A stretch of 64,000 nt of DNA from positions 8,324,422 to 8,388,421 of the forward strand of contig NC_092678.1 in assembly GCF_964355755.1 (NCBI RefSeq), given 5' to 3'. Below the pieces are notes generated by a model. The model did no database searches. It saw nothing but the letters and a program-made list of their open reading frames with translations, and had not been told where the DNA came from. The position numbers were made by a program, and so were the translations under genes. This DNA is from Antedon mediterranea (lineage: Eukaryota; Animalia; Echinodermata). Below, piece by piece: positions 39,101-50,936 of the stretch (positions are counted from its first letter, which is position 1; each line of letters begins with the position of its first letter).

Positions 39101-42100
39101 TCGTAATTTCGTCTATGCTACACTGTATATAACATATACAGTTTATTCTGTAAAATACTGTAATATGATATATGCTACATAATAGGTACAATTCAGCACT
39201 GTAAACATATTTATTTCATGTCATAGGATGGCATAATAATTGTCGAGGTTCATATGGTTAAGTATGTGCATGGTTGCGTTTGCGCGGATAACCCGAACTA
39301 GTCAAAGTGACGAGTTCAAATCTAGTTAGTTATCCGCATTGAGCGGATAACTCCTTGTAACTGTCCTGTTTCATCATCTTTTTTTTTTTTTTCTGTATTC
39401 TTCTTTCTTTCTGTCATTTTTGTGTCTCGCGTAACTCAAAAACGTGTAAACATAACATTTCATAACTTTGTCAACATGTGGGCATTTACGTGAAATTGTG
39501 CACCTCCTATTTTTGAATGACGTCAGAGTTGCGCAACATGACTTACGCGCGTTTTTCCGAATTTCGCGTATTTAACATAGATCGAAAACCATATAACAAT
39601 TTAATATGAAACTTGACAAAAGTTTAAGTTATATCTTGCGCTAACTGACTATGGGGAAAAAATGGCATGTTTCACACGAAGTTACGCGCGCACCCGCGTT
39701 TAAAATTTCAAAATGCGAAAAATCAATTTCTAATCAACTTTCTACGCGTTTCATGTAATTTTAAGCATGTAAAAAATTCCCACGCGCGCGCCTTTTTTTA
39801 CGCGCATGGTGCGAACGTAGAGTTGAAAACAATTTTTTTTGTGTGATTTATGTTTTTTCAGCCTTTTCTAGTAATTTTACCAACTTTTAAACAATTTCGA
39901 TTTAAAATTACGTCATACGGGCACGTTGAATTGAATAATTTACGTGCGTTTTTTATGAAAAAGTTAAAAAATTTGTCAAAATTCGTCAAAATTATGCCTT
40001 TTTTTAAACAGTCAAAGATTCTAAACAACGAGGTGAAATTTTTTTAAATTACAAATTCTGGAAGTTGATGAGTTGTAGATATCGGATCATGAATCAATAT
40101 GGCTAACCGGACTTTGTGACGTCATCGTATGGCCACACGAATGAAAAATATAGGATTTTTGTCTCTTTCGTTATTGCTCATCATATTCAATGGAGCGCAT
40201 CACGCCTATCTGTATTCCTTTTTCTCCGAGATTTTAATATTGTCTAGGTCAATCAACTATCTTTCGCATGAGTTAAAAATATTTTAATTTTTATGACGTC
40301 ATCATGCCTAAAAATTATAATTAACAGGGTTATTAATTTCATCTTTACAGTAAATTTTAATCTGTTATAGCTCGTAAGAATAAAAAGTGATAATTATGAT
40401 TAAAACGTTTTCTGGAAGCTATTGGACTGTAGATACGAATTAATGTGAACATTTTGCCAATCGGATGTTGTGAAGTCATCCTATGGCCAGTTGAATAAAA
40501 AAAGTCGTATTTTCATATTTTGCGTCATGGTTCATCATATTTAAACGAGCACGCATCCATATTCTACGTATTCAAATTTCTTCTACACGTTAATATGTTG
40601 TTGGTGAGATAATGTCCTTCCGAAATTGCTATCTTAGTGTTTAATTTTAATACCGTCGCCATGTTAAAAATTGGAATAAACGGTGGGTCCCGTAATTTCA
40701 CCTATTCTACACTGTATGTAATATGTATACAGATTATACTGCATATACTATATGACACAAAATAGACAGAATTCAGCACTAACAAGATATGATATTCTTC
40801 AGTTCAGGTCATAATGCCATAATCTTTTTCTGTGTGCAATATTCCACCGTATGACGTGCACGTGGCGTTTGTCGTGCGGATAACTAACTCGTCAAAGTGA
40901 CGAGTTTCATGTCTAGTTTTTTCTTATTTCTTTCTCCCCCATTTTTGTGTCTCACGTATCTCAAAAACTTGTAAACATAACATTTCATAACTTTGTCAAC
41001 ATATGGGCATATACGTGAAGTTGTGCACCTCCTATTTTTGAATGACGTCAGAGTTGCGCAACGTGACTTACGCGCGATTTTATGATTTTTTATGATTGAC
41101 CATAGTTTAAAAACCAAACGTAATTTTGTTTTGACACTTTGTGAAAATTTAAGTCATATCAAGTGCAAATTTTCTATGGATTAAAAATGGCATGTTTTAC
41201 AAGAAGTTACGCGCGCACGCGCATTTAAAATTTCAAAATGCGCAAAATTAATTTCTAATCAACTTTCTACGCTGATCATGACATTTTAAGCATGTCAAAA
41301 ATTCCCACGCGCGCGAAAAAATTTACGCGTAAGGGGCGCACGGAGTATGAAAACCATGTTTTTTTTCTGGAATTTTGAGTGTCCAGCCTTTCGTAGTCAT
41401 TTTAAACAAGATTGACATCATTTCAAGTTAAAATGACGTCATACGTACACGTTGATTTAGACCATTTGCATGCGTTTTAGTTGCAAAAGTGACAAAATAT
41501 TGTCAAAATTATGCCTATTTTGAATCTATTATAGCTCGTCAGGATCAAAGGTGACCCCAATTTGTTTTAACTTATTATGCAAGAAGATAAATTGTAGATA
41601 TAAATTCATGCAGAATTTTTACCTCTCGGAAGTTATGACGTCATCGTATGGCCACACGAATGTAAAATATAGGATTTTTGTATCTTTCGTCATAGCGCAT
41701 CTCATTTAATAGAGCGCCTCTCCACTTATACGTATTCCATTTTAACCCAGATTTTGACATTTTCTAGGTCAATCAACTATTTTACGCATGAGTAAATTTT
41801 TTTTAAATTTTTATGACGTCATCATGTCTAAAAATGTAAATAACGTGGGTCACTTATATTTATCTTTACAGTAAATTTTAATCTGTTATAGCTCATCAGA
41901 ATAAAATGTGATAATCACGATTAAAACGTTTTCTGGAAGCTATTGGATTGTAGATACGAATTCATGTAAACATTTTGCCAATCGGATGTTGTGACGTCAT
42001 CATATGGCCAGTTGAATAAAAAAAGACGTATTTTCATATTTTGCGTAATAGTTCATCACATTTAAAAGGGTACGCATCTATATTTTACGTATTCAAATTT

Positions 42101-45100
42101 CTTCTACACGTTAATATGTTGTTCCTGAGATAATTTCCTTCTGAAATTGCTATCCAAGTGTTTCATTTTGATACCGTCGCCATGTTAAAAATTGGAATAA
42201 ATGGCGGGTCCCGTAATTTCACCTATTCTACACTGTATGTAATATGTATACAGATTATACTGTTTGCATGTATATACTATATGACACAAAATTGACAGAA
42301 TTCAGCACTAACAGCATATCATATTCTTCAGTTCTTGTCATAATGCCATAATCTTTATCTGTGTGCAATATTCCAACGTATGACGTGCACGTGGCGTTTG
42401 TCGTGGTGCGGATAACTAACTCGTCAATGTGACGAGTTTCATGTCTAGTTCTTCTTTCCATCCTTCCTTTTTGTGGATCGCGTTTCTCTAAAATGTGTAA
42501 ACATAACATTTCATAACTTTGACAACATATGGGCATTTACGTGAAGTTGTGCACCTCCTATTTTTGAATGACGTCATAGTTGCGCAACGTAACTTACGCG
42601 CAATTTTATGAATTTCAATGATTGATCATAGATTAAAAACTAAAAGTCATTTAGTATTGACACTTTGACAAAATTTAAGTCATATCAGGGGCAAACTTTC
42701 TACGGATTAAAAATGGCATGTTTCACAAGAAGTTACGCGCGCACGCGCATTTAAAATTTCAAAATGCGCAAAATTAATTTCTAATCAACTTTTTATGCGT
42801 TTCTTGTCATTTTGAGCATGTCAAAAATTCCCACGGGCGCGCAATTTTTTACGCACGCGGTGCGCACGTAGCGTTAAAAACATATTTTTTTCCCTTGAAT
42901 CATATTTTTCAAGCCTTTCCTAGTAATTTTGAAAACAATTTAGACCTTTTCCAATTTAAATAACGCCATACGAACACGTTGAATTAAACATTTCATGCGC
43001 GTTTTTTATGAAAAAGCTTAAAAAATCGTCAAAATTATGTCTTTTTTTAAACAGTCATAGTTTCTAAAGTAAACCGTGAACCGTTTATTTTTATTACAAA
43101 ATCTAGAAGTTGATGAGTTGTAGATATCGGATCATGCATCGATAAAGCTAAAAAAACATTGTGACGTCATCGTATGGCCACACGAATGTAAAATATAGGA
43201 TTTTTGTCTCTTTCGTTATTGTTCATCACATTCAATGGAGCGCATCACGCTTATCTGTATTCCTTTTTCTCCTACATTTATATATTGTGTAGGTCAATCA
43301 ACTTTCTTTAGCATGAGATAAAAATATTTTAATTTTTATGACGTCATCATGCCAAAAAATTTTAATTACGTGGGTCATTAATTTCATCTTTACAGTAAAT
43401 TTTAATCTGTAATAGCTCGTAAGAATAAAATGTGATAATCACGATTAAAACGTTTTATGGAAGCTATTGGATTGTAGATACGAATTCATGTAAACATTTT
43501 GCCAATCAGTTGAATAAAAAAAGTCGTATTTTCATATTTTGCGTAATAGTTCATCACATTTAAAAGGGTGCGCATCTATATTTTACGTATTCAAATTTCT
43601 TCTACACGTTAATATGTTGTTCCTGAGATAATTTCCTTCTGAAATTGCTATCTAAGTGTTTCATTTTGATACCGTCGCCATGTTAAAAATTGGAATAAAT
43701 GGCGGGTCCCGTAATTTCACCTATTCTACACTGTATGTAATATGTATACAGATTATACTGTTTGCATGTATATACTATATGACACAAAATTGACAGAATT
43801 CAGCACTAACAGCATATCATATTCTTCAGTTCTTGTCATAATGCCATAATCTTTATCTGTGTGCAATATTCCAACGTAAGACGTGCACGTGGCGTTTGTC
43901 GTGGTGCGGATAACTAACTCGTCAAAGTGACGAGTTTCATGTCTAGTTAAATATTAGGGATTTTGTGTATTAACATTGTAAAATTCAATAAGATATGATA
44001 TTAAATGATAGTAAATAAAAAATAATGTTTATTTAGGGTGTCACGAAAGCTCAGACCACGAAAGCTCAGACCCCCTAAGACCGAAGATCACGAAAGCTAA
44101 GACCCAACACCTAAGATTACAAATATTTATCTTTCGCACCTGCCTTGTATTTTAACTCCCAACATTTATTCTGAATACCACACCTTAGAATTGGCACTTT
44201 CATGAAAAAGAATCACATAAAAAGTAACAAATACATTTTTAAATTGATGATTTTACAGACCTTTTTCTCGCACACAAAATGACTAGCCTACAGTACAGTA
44301 GGCCTACCCCATGGGCCATGTTCAATGTTTTTGTTTCTATGGAACGTCAAAAGAGCAAAAATTATATAGAGGTCTGAAAACTCTGTGGAGTCCATCTACA
44401 GTGTGGATGGAACAATGTAAAATTAAAATTGTAATGATAATAGTATAATCATGCAAGTACGAAGAAATAAATACTGGCAAATAAATTTTAATTTAAAAAT
44501 CATGATAAGTTTTTTTGTTTCGTTTTCTTTCTGTTTTTATACTTGTACTATTATTGTTGCTCTTTTGGCGCTCCATAGAAACAAAAACATTGAGCATGGG
44601 GAGCTCGAGGAGTTACATTGTCATTACAGTATACAGTACAAAGAAACACATCTGTAAAATCATCAATTTAAAGTGGAGCTACACTCAGACTTTCTCAGCT
44701 TATATTATGTTTAAGTATGTTTAATTGAAAGTGATTACATAAAAAAAACAGGGAAAATACGGAAATATTTTCCAAAAACTCATTTCTAAAAAATCGGTCA
44801 GAAAATAGTGTTTTTTAATACATTACACTTTTTCAGTAACTTAGGGGTTATTAGTTTACAATACGTCGCGAAACGCGTTACACTTAGCAACTGACGCGTT
44901 TTAGTCGCCGGTGAACGCATGGGTGAAATGTCTCCCCTTTGGTAAATTATGTGTCGAAAAATGGGGAATACATTTTATACGATTTGTTTAGGCCTAAGTA
45001 ATATTTCCGATAAAAATGTCAGTATAATCAGGGAGCAACTCCCTGGTATAATTTACATGTATTGTAACCTCATGATTTGCACTGTACAACAACAGCATAA

Positions 45101-48100
45101 TAATCTTATCAGATTGTTTATTAACTTTAAGCTAGGCCTAGCTAAGCCGTCTGCTTAGCCTAGCTAGCCTTGAATTTTTTGTCTAGGCCTATATGCATTC
45201 ATGGGTTTGAAAATTCTTGGTCGTTTCGCCCCATTTATCATTCCTGTGTTTTCTCGCACATTAGAATTGTGAAACACAAAATCCTATACAGAACAAGAGT
45301 AGTAAAGCGATGTGGAAGCTTAGGCCTGACTGAAAAGCAACTATTCAGGCACCTTATCATGGCCCATATGGGTAGGCCGAGGTTGGGTGACAGCAGAACA
45401 AACTTCACTGCTGAGTGTCAGCCTAGCAGCTGGAGCCCAAGCAGCATCGGTACATACCTACACTCTAGTAGGCCTAGCTTTATTGAATATATAGCCACAT
45501 CTTTCTCAAATCTCGTTAGATTTGACATTTTAGTAATAAGTCTCATAATCACATTATTACACTGTGAAACATGATAGGGTCACATTCAGAATGTTTTAAT
45601 ATACTTTTTGCCCGTCAAAAATAACATCGCGACAAAATAACAGATCGCCAGCTGCAGTAGTACACTGTGATTGTGAAAAATGTCACGTGATCATACTCCC
45701 TAGCAAAATAAAAAACCCAATTGGACCCGAACGGGGGAAAATGTCTATTTACGCAAAATTGCGCAATGTATACGCGATAACTATACCAGAAATAGAAAGA
45801 TCTGGAAAAATTACATAAAACTAGTTTTAAATTTTTTTTTTTAGTGAAGAAATTAATTTTTTAGGATTATTCAAATATACCCCCCTTTTGCATGTAAAAG
45901 AATAGGAAATTACAAGGTATCCCCCCAAAACGCAAAAAGGCGTGATTTTCAAGAAACTCGTACTCATTGAAAAAAAATTCAAAAAAATATGAAGTATGGG
46001 GGATGATATTTTTAAATAATAGTTGAAATGTATGAAAAATAGTAATTTTCTGGGTGGAGCTCCACTTTAAAGGATTTATTTATACGTTATTATGTGTTTC
46101 TCCTTCTGAAAGTACTTATAAGTCCTAATTTTAAAGTGTGGTGTTCAGGATAAAGTTAGTCAACAAATTTGGAGTCAAAATACAAGAAAGGCAGGTGCGT
46201 AAGAAAAACATCCTCTGAACCAACACAATGGAGTAAATATATACCAACAAACAACCCGTCAAGTTTTTTTGTTGTAAAGAAAAAATATACATTTACTCAA
46301 CGGGCGAAAATAATGTGAGTTTATCTATGTTTTGAGGTAGTATTAAATTATATTTATGGTAATAAATGAAACCTACTGTGTTTAAAATTATGTATGGATA
46401 AACAAGTATTGTTTTTAAGCTGTAGTAGTATATCTTAGTATTTGTAATCTTAGGTGTTGGGTCTTAGCTTTCGTGATCTTAGGTCTTAGGGGGTCTGAGC
46501 TTTCGTGGTCTGAGGTTTCGTGACACCCTGTTTATTTATCATCATTCAAAGAATGTCAATACTAATAAATTAGTCCTGAGAGACTTCACATGGAAAAAAA
46601 TATTATGTGCATTGAATTTTTAACTTGAAAGATTAAAAACAATTAAATATTACGTTAAACTACTTTCCTTTGTTGTGTTGTTATGGCGGTTCAAACCAAC
46701 AAAATTGTAATACGTAATAATATATATATATAATATTATTTATTTATAACACAACAAGCCAACAGTAATGACCATGAACTTATGTACTACATACACGTAG
46801 CACTTACTGTAATGACTACATGAAATGTCATAAAACACGCACTACAGTAGGCGTTTCATAGAAATCACCGGCGGCTAAACTGGTCATATGCCGTTATTAG
46901 CTAGTTTTGTTATAACGATGCAATAAAGCTGTGTTTAAAATATGCGAACGAAGGGCTTAAAACATCAATGCCAAAATGATAATGTGTTATTTACTATGTT
47001 TACCCATGCGAACGATATGTCAACAAATTACGCCCGCTGTGTTGGCTGCTTGGCATTTTAGAAATAATAATTACATAAAATTATGTTAGTACTGTATTGT
47101 TACATTAGTAATGCTGTAACAATTACATTTGTTATTAAATGGTAGTTCAAACACCTCTAAAAACTTGATAAATACCACAAACAATTCAGCAATTGAGAGA
47201 CGTCTCGAACCGAAATGTCCCGGATTCTACTATTTACCTTGCCTATTACTTAACCTTACTTACTGGAATACTAAACAAAGCCTGCTACTGTCAAAATGCA
47301 TCATTTGTTTTATTTTGAGCATAAAGGGCATTTTAATAAAATTCAGATTCAAATTTACAAACGTGCGTAGTTTTTAAAAAGTGATCAGTGATATTTCCAG
47401 AATCCTGAATGACCTTGATAAACAGGTTCTGAAACTGTGTCAGTACAATGTCAAAGACTTGATATACTGTAGGACTTGATATACTGTAGGACTTGATATA
47501 CTGTAGGACTTGATATACTGTAGGACTTGAAATACTGTAGGACTTGATATACTGTAGGACTTGATATACTGTAGGACTTGATATACTGTAGGACTTGATA
47601 TACTGTAGGACTTGATATACTGTAGGACTTGATATACTGTAGGACTTGAAATACTGTAGGACTTGATATACTGTAGGACTTGAAATGTCAAGGACTTGAT
47701 ATACTGTAGGACTTGAAATACTGTAGGACTTGATATACTGTAGGACTTGATATACTGTAGGACTTGAAATACTGTAGGACTTGATAAACTGTAGGACTTG
47801 ATATACTGTAGGACTTGATATACTGTAGGACTTGATATACTGTAAGACTTGACAGTACAGTAGTACCACTGTTTTACGTACCCTAATTTTACATACACAT
47901 AAAATGACTGATGACGTCATCATTTTAGTAATTTATTACATAAAATAGTGTTATTTTCTTACATTGAGGGTGCAATTTAACAACAAACGACAAATGATTT
48001 TATATTTATAACACTATTTAAACATCGCATAGCCTGCATATACTTTTCTAGTTGGGCCTCACAGCTAGGCCTCACGTCTAGTTTAGTCTAGGCTAAGCTA

Positions 48101-50936
48101 GTGACCACTGCCGAGTAAAGTAGGTAAACATGACAGCCTTATACTGTATGATCTACGTATTTGGGGGTCTATTTAAGGTCAACCTGGATTTTACAAATGT
48201 TTTACGTACGCCTTTTGGGTTCTGTACCGTATTTAAAATGAAGGCTCTACTGTACTACAGTATAATCACTTTTGTATTCACCATCACAATTGACAATTAA
48301 ATTGAAAAGCAAGACACAACATGTTCACAATTATCTTTAACATAACTGAAGCAGTACCTTTGCCAGATGACAAGGAGTTTGAATCAATCACCCTAATGCA
48401 AATTGGGATCCGCTTTAGAGAAGACAGAAACGTTTTGATAGAATGGTGTCGCAAATATGGTTTATTGGCAACAGAAATGGACTGTCCGAGATGCCATGTA
48501 AAGTGTGAAGAAAAAGCATATGCTAGGTCAGTGGATCTGATAACATGGAGGTGCTACCGTCGGGAATGCCGCAAAACAATTAACATCAGAACAGGAAGTT
48601 TCTTTGCGAAGAGTCACCTCAAATTGTGGCAGATCATAGGACTGACGTACATGTGGTCAGTAAATTGTGGACGACCAACTAGTAGAGGACTGTTACAAGA
48701 AAACATGAAAAGGGAACTGGAGATTGGGGGTGATCACACTCTTGTGGATTGGATGAAATACTGCAGGAATGTTGCAGCAACATTCTTGATCAGTCATCCA
48801 CAACAAATTGGTGGCCCGGGAAATCTTGTTGAGATTGAAGAATGCGTTATTGCAAAGCACAAGAACCATTCTGGACATGAAATTCCTGAACAGTGGCTAA
48901 TTGGATTATATCAGCCAGGTACTCGTATTGGAATGTTAGTTTCAGTGCGAGAAAGAAACGCGGAAACATTTATACCTATAATTACAAAATGGGTCGGTTC
49001 TGGATCAAAGATCTCTTCTGACATGTGGACGGAATACAAAGAACTTTCAAACTATGGGTATGTAAATGCTAACGATACCGGAGTTACCAAAAACCGTTCA
49101 GAATGTACGTGGAAGCGGGCCAGAAACAAAATAAAAGCGATACACGCACCAACAAGCACAGACATGATAATGGCTGATTACTTCATACAATTTATGTGGT
49201 ATCAACAATTTAAGGATGCACCATTTTTCCATTTTTGGAATCAAATTTCCACAGAACTCTATACCTTTTACTGAACTTAATCAGTCAAAACATTTGTAAA
49301 ATCCTTTCTAATCTCCTTGACATTCTTCCAGTGTTGTATAATAATGCAGGCACATGTTTTTAATAATCCTATGTTTAAAATTGAGATGATCATGCATGCA
49401 GTATGCTTAATTTAGTAATTTTCTTTGAAATCCTGCCCATAAAAAATAAAAAGTGTATTGGTAAAAGTATAGAATGTTCTATTTTATCTTTTATGATGTG
49501 TTATTTTTTATATGATGCACTATTTGATGTAAACAGTATGGTTTATATTCCATATCCAAGGAGACTTGTTCAAACCACCAGAACTAGCCATTCACTCACT
49601 ACAGTATATCATTATCACTATATATATGTATTCCAGTTAGTGTGTAAATAAAAAGTTTCTGAAAAGACAGAACTTTAAATTAAGATTGTTGACATATTTA
49701 TTCCTTGATAAAGTAATTAGACACTGTGTCTGTGATTACAAATGATGGCAGAGTCATTGTGGTAAGTGTAAATATCTATTATTAATAATTTAGTTTTTTA
49801 AACCTTGGCATATTATTTGATTGCAGAAACTTTATTGGTCAAAGATTCATTAGTACTTTTTGTATTCAAATTGTAAAATTGTGCTCAACACAAAATTCAT
49901 GCGAATAGAAAACACAAGCTTTTCCAATGAGAACAATTGCAACAAAAAAACAATACTCAACTTGAGTACAGTAAAGTCTTAATCGAATACAACAAATGTA
50001 TCATTTGTGTTGTAAGTATGGTAAGTGTAGTTTTGAGGGTTTTTAATGTTTTGTTTGTATTTATAGGGCACACTTAAAGGGTTCGACCAAACGGTAAACT
50101 TGATATTAGATGAAAGCCACGAGAGAGTATTCAGTGCTGGTGAAGGAGTTGAACAAGTTTTACTTGGCTTGTACATCATAAGAGGTGACAATATGTAAGT
50201 CCTCAATTTATATTTGTTTCAGCCATTCTGAGGCAATACCTGTTATCAACAGTCACTCTGCCTCAGTCTGAGAGCTACAGTATACCTTTAAAAAAAAATT
50301 TATTTAGGCAAATGACCATAAGCAAATTCATTCATTGCTGTTCACAAGAAAAAAATATACACAAGATGCGCTACATAAACAAAGTCTTACAACAAGTCTT
50401 TGGAAGAGGGCTTGAACCCAGGACCCTTGGATTGGTAGCCAAGCATCATAACCAAGCCACCACTCCACTGGCAGGGACTCTGGTCCCTGGTAGGTTGTAC
50501 CAAGTCAGGCAGATTTCATCAGACCTTTTGTGGTCCCTTTCATCTATGAACATGCAACCTTTAAACAATAGAAATATCCAGGATAGCGTTTGAGATGGTT
50601 TGTTCTTGTTTGGTTAGCTGAGAACATCAGGCCGTCATTGACTAGAAAGAGGGGTAATGGAACACAATCCAATGGATACTCTAATTTTCTGGCAACTTAC
50701 TTCTGCAGCAGATCTGCCGCTACTGACCAGTTGGATTGTTCTCCCTTTCCGACCGCTCGGCCAAACACAAACTAACCTCTTTTTTTTTAATGTGCTATAC
50801 TCTCTCAGTTCTATTTATAATATAATGTTGATAATTTTTTTATAGAGCTGTAATAGGAGAAATAGATGATGAAACGGACTCGTCAATGGACATGTCAGAT
50901 ATACGAGCAGAGCCCCTCAATCCGGTTGTACATTAA
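30111..50936 (+). CDS. LSM8: U6 snRNA-associated Sm-like protein LSm8, 4 exons
   Basis: Exons 30111-30141, 49721-49761, 50067-50194 and 50846-50936 give MASAIENYVNHTVSVITNDGRVIVGTLKGFDQTVNLILDESHERVFSAGEGVEQVLLGLYIIRGDNIAVIGEIDDETDSSMDMSDIRAEPLNPVVH. Confidence 0.93.
30637..43946 (+). mobile_element. Array of Helentron/DINE-like elements (family B): 6 heads, 7 bodies with 3' ends
   Basis: Heads (A/G)GTTATCCGC-loop-GCGGATAAC plus poly-T at 30637, 30711, 30766, 30823, 30891 and 39328. 3' ends GCGGATAAC-ACTCGTCA.AAG.TGACGAGT hairpin-CTAG|T end at 33684, 35490, 37815, 39325, 40916, 42448 and 43946. Bodies are homologous and about 1.5-2.3 kb. Confidence 0.8.
31444..32379. mobile_element. Tc2/pogo-like MITE
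   Basis: Perfect 25-bp TIR CCGTATTTTCCGGAGTATAGGTCGA with a TA TSD. The empty site AAACCATATAACAATT is seen in sister units (~34171, ~35976). GGGGTCGACTTATA recurs internally. Confidence 0.85.
44672..46066. mobile_element. Kolobok-like non-autonomous element nested in the foldback arm
   Basis: TTAA TSD (44668-44671, 46067-46070) and TIR AGTGGAGCT(A/C)CAC(T/C)CAGA. Confidence 0.75.
45029..45045. mobile_element. 17-bp P-like footprint with 7-bp TSD
   Basis: GTATAAT-CAGGGAG-CAACTCCCTG-GTATAAT, with the same termini as 16430-16451. Confidence 0.6.
47456..47851. repeat. 17-bp minisatellite (GACTTGATATACTGTAG)n
   Basis: About 23 direct tandem copies. Confidence 0.95.
48321..49274 (+). CDS. Merlin/IS1595 (ISXO2-like) transposase-derived ORF, 317 aa, probably domesticated
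   Basis: Zn ribbon CPRC...WRC...CRK..IRTGSFF, TLVDW..YCR, QIGGPG..VEIEE (canonically VEIDE), WLIG, ISSDMW..Y and SECTW. The frame is uninterrupted and no TIRs were seen. Confidence 0.85.
   Translation: MFTIIFNITEAVPLPDDKEFESITLMQIGIRFREDRNVLIEWCRKYGLLATEMDCPRCHVKCEEKAYARSVDLITWRCYRRECRKTINIRTGSFFAKSHLKLWQIIGLTYMWSVNCGRPTSRGLLQENMKRELEIGGDHTLVDWMKYCRNVAATFLISHPQQIGGPGNLVEIEECVIAKHKNHSGHEIPEQWLIGLYQPGTRIGMLVSVRERNAETFIPIITKWVGSGSKISSDMWTEYKELSNYGYVNANDTGVTKNRSECTWKRARNKIKAIHAPTSTDMIMADYFIQFMWYQQFKDAPFFHFWNQISTELYTFY
50400..50472 (-). mobile_element. tRNA-derived SINE head remnant
   Basis: The minus strand reads GGTGGCTTGGTTATGATGCTTGGCTACCAATCCAAGGGTCCTGGGTTCAAGCCC, with A/B-box-like motifs. 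Confidence 0.5.

Larger units (their letters stand above)
44036..46528. mobile_element. MULE-like foldback element
   Basis: ~90-bp near-perfect TIRs GGGTGTCACGAAA...GATTACAAATA, with weaker inverted homology to ~330 bp. TSD TGTTTATTTA at 44026-44035 and 46529-46538. Confidence 0.75.
30142..49720 (+). other. U12-type (minor spliceosome) GT-AG intron, ~19.6 kb
   Basis: 5' splice site GTATCCTTT (30142-30150) and branch point TTCCTTGAT (49701-49709) lying 11 nt before the exon, with no polypyrimidine tract. Confidence 0.88.

Noticed and set aside
47333-47923. 196-aa and 152-aa ORFs
   Set aside because: They are artefacts of the 17-bp minisatellite.
48321-49274. Bacterial IS1595 contamination or recent horizontal transfer
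   Set aside because: The motifs match the eukaryotic Merlin type, there are no IS ends, and it is embedded in a host intron.
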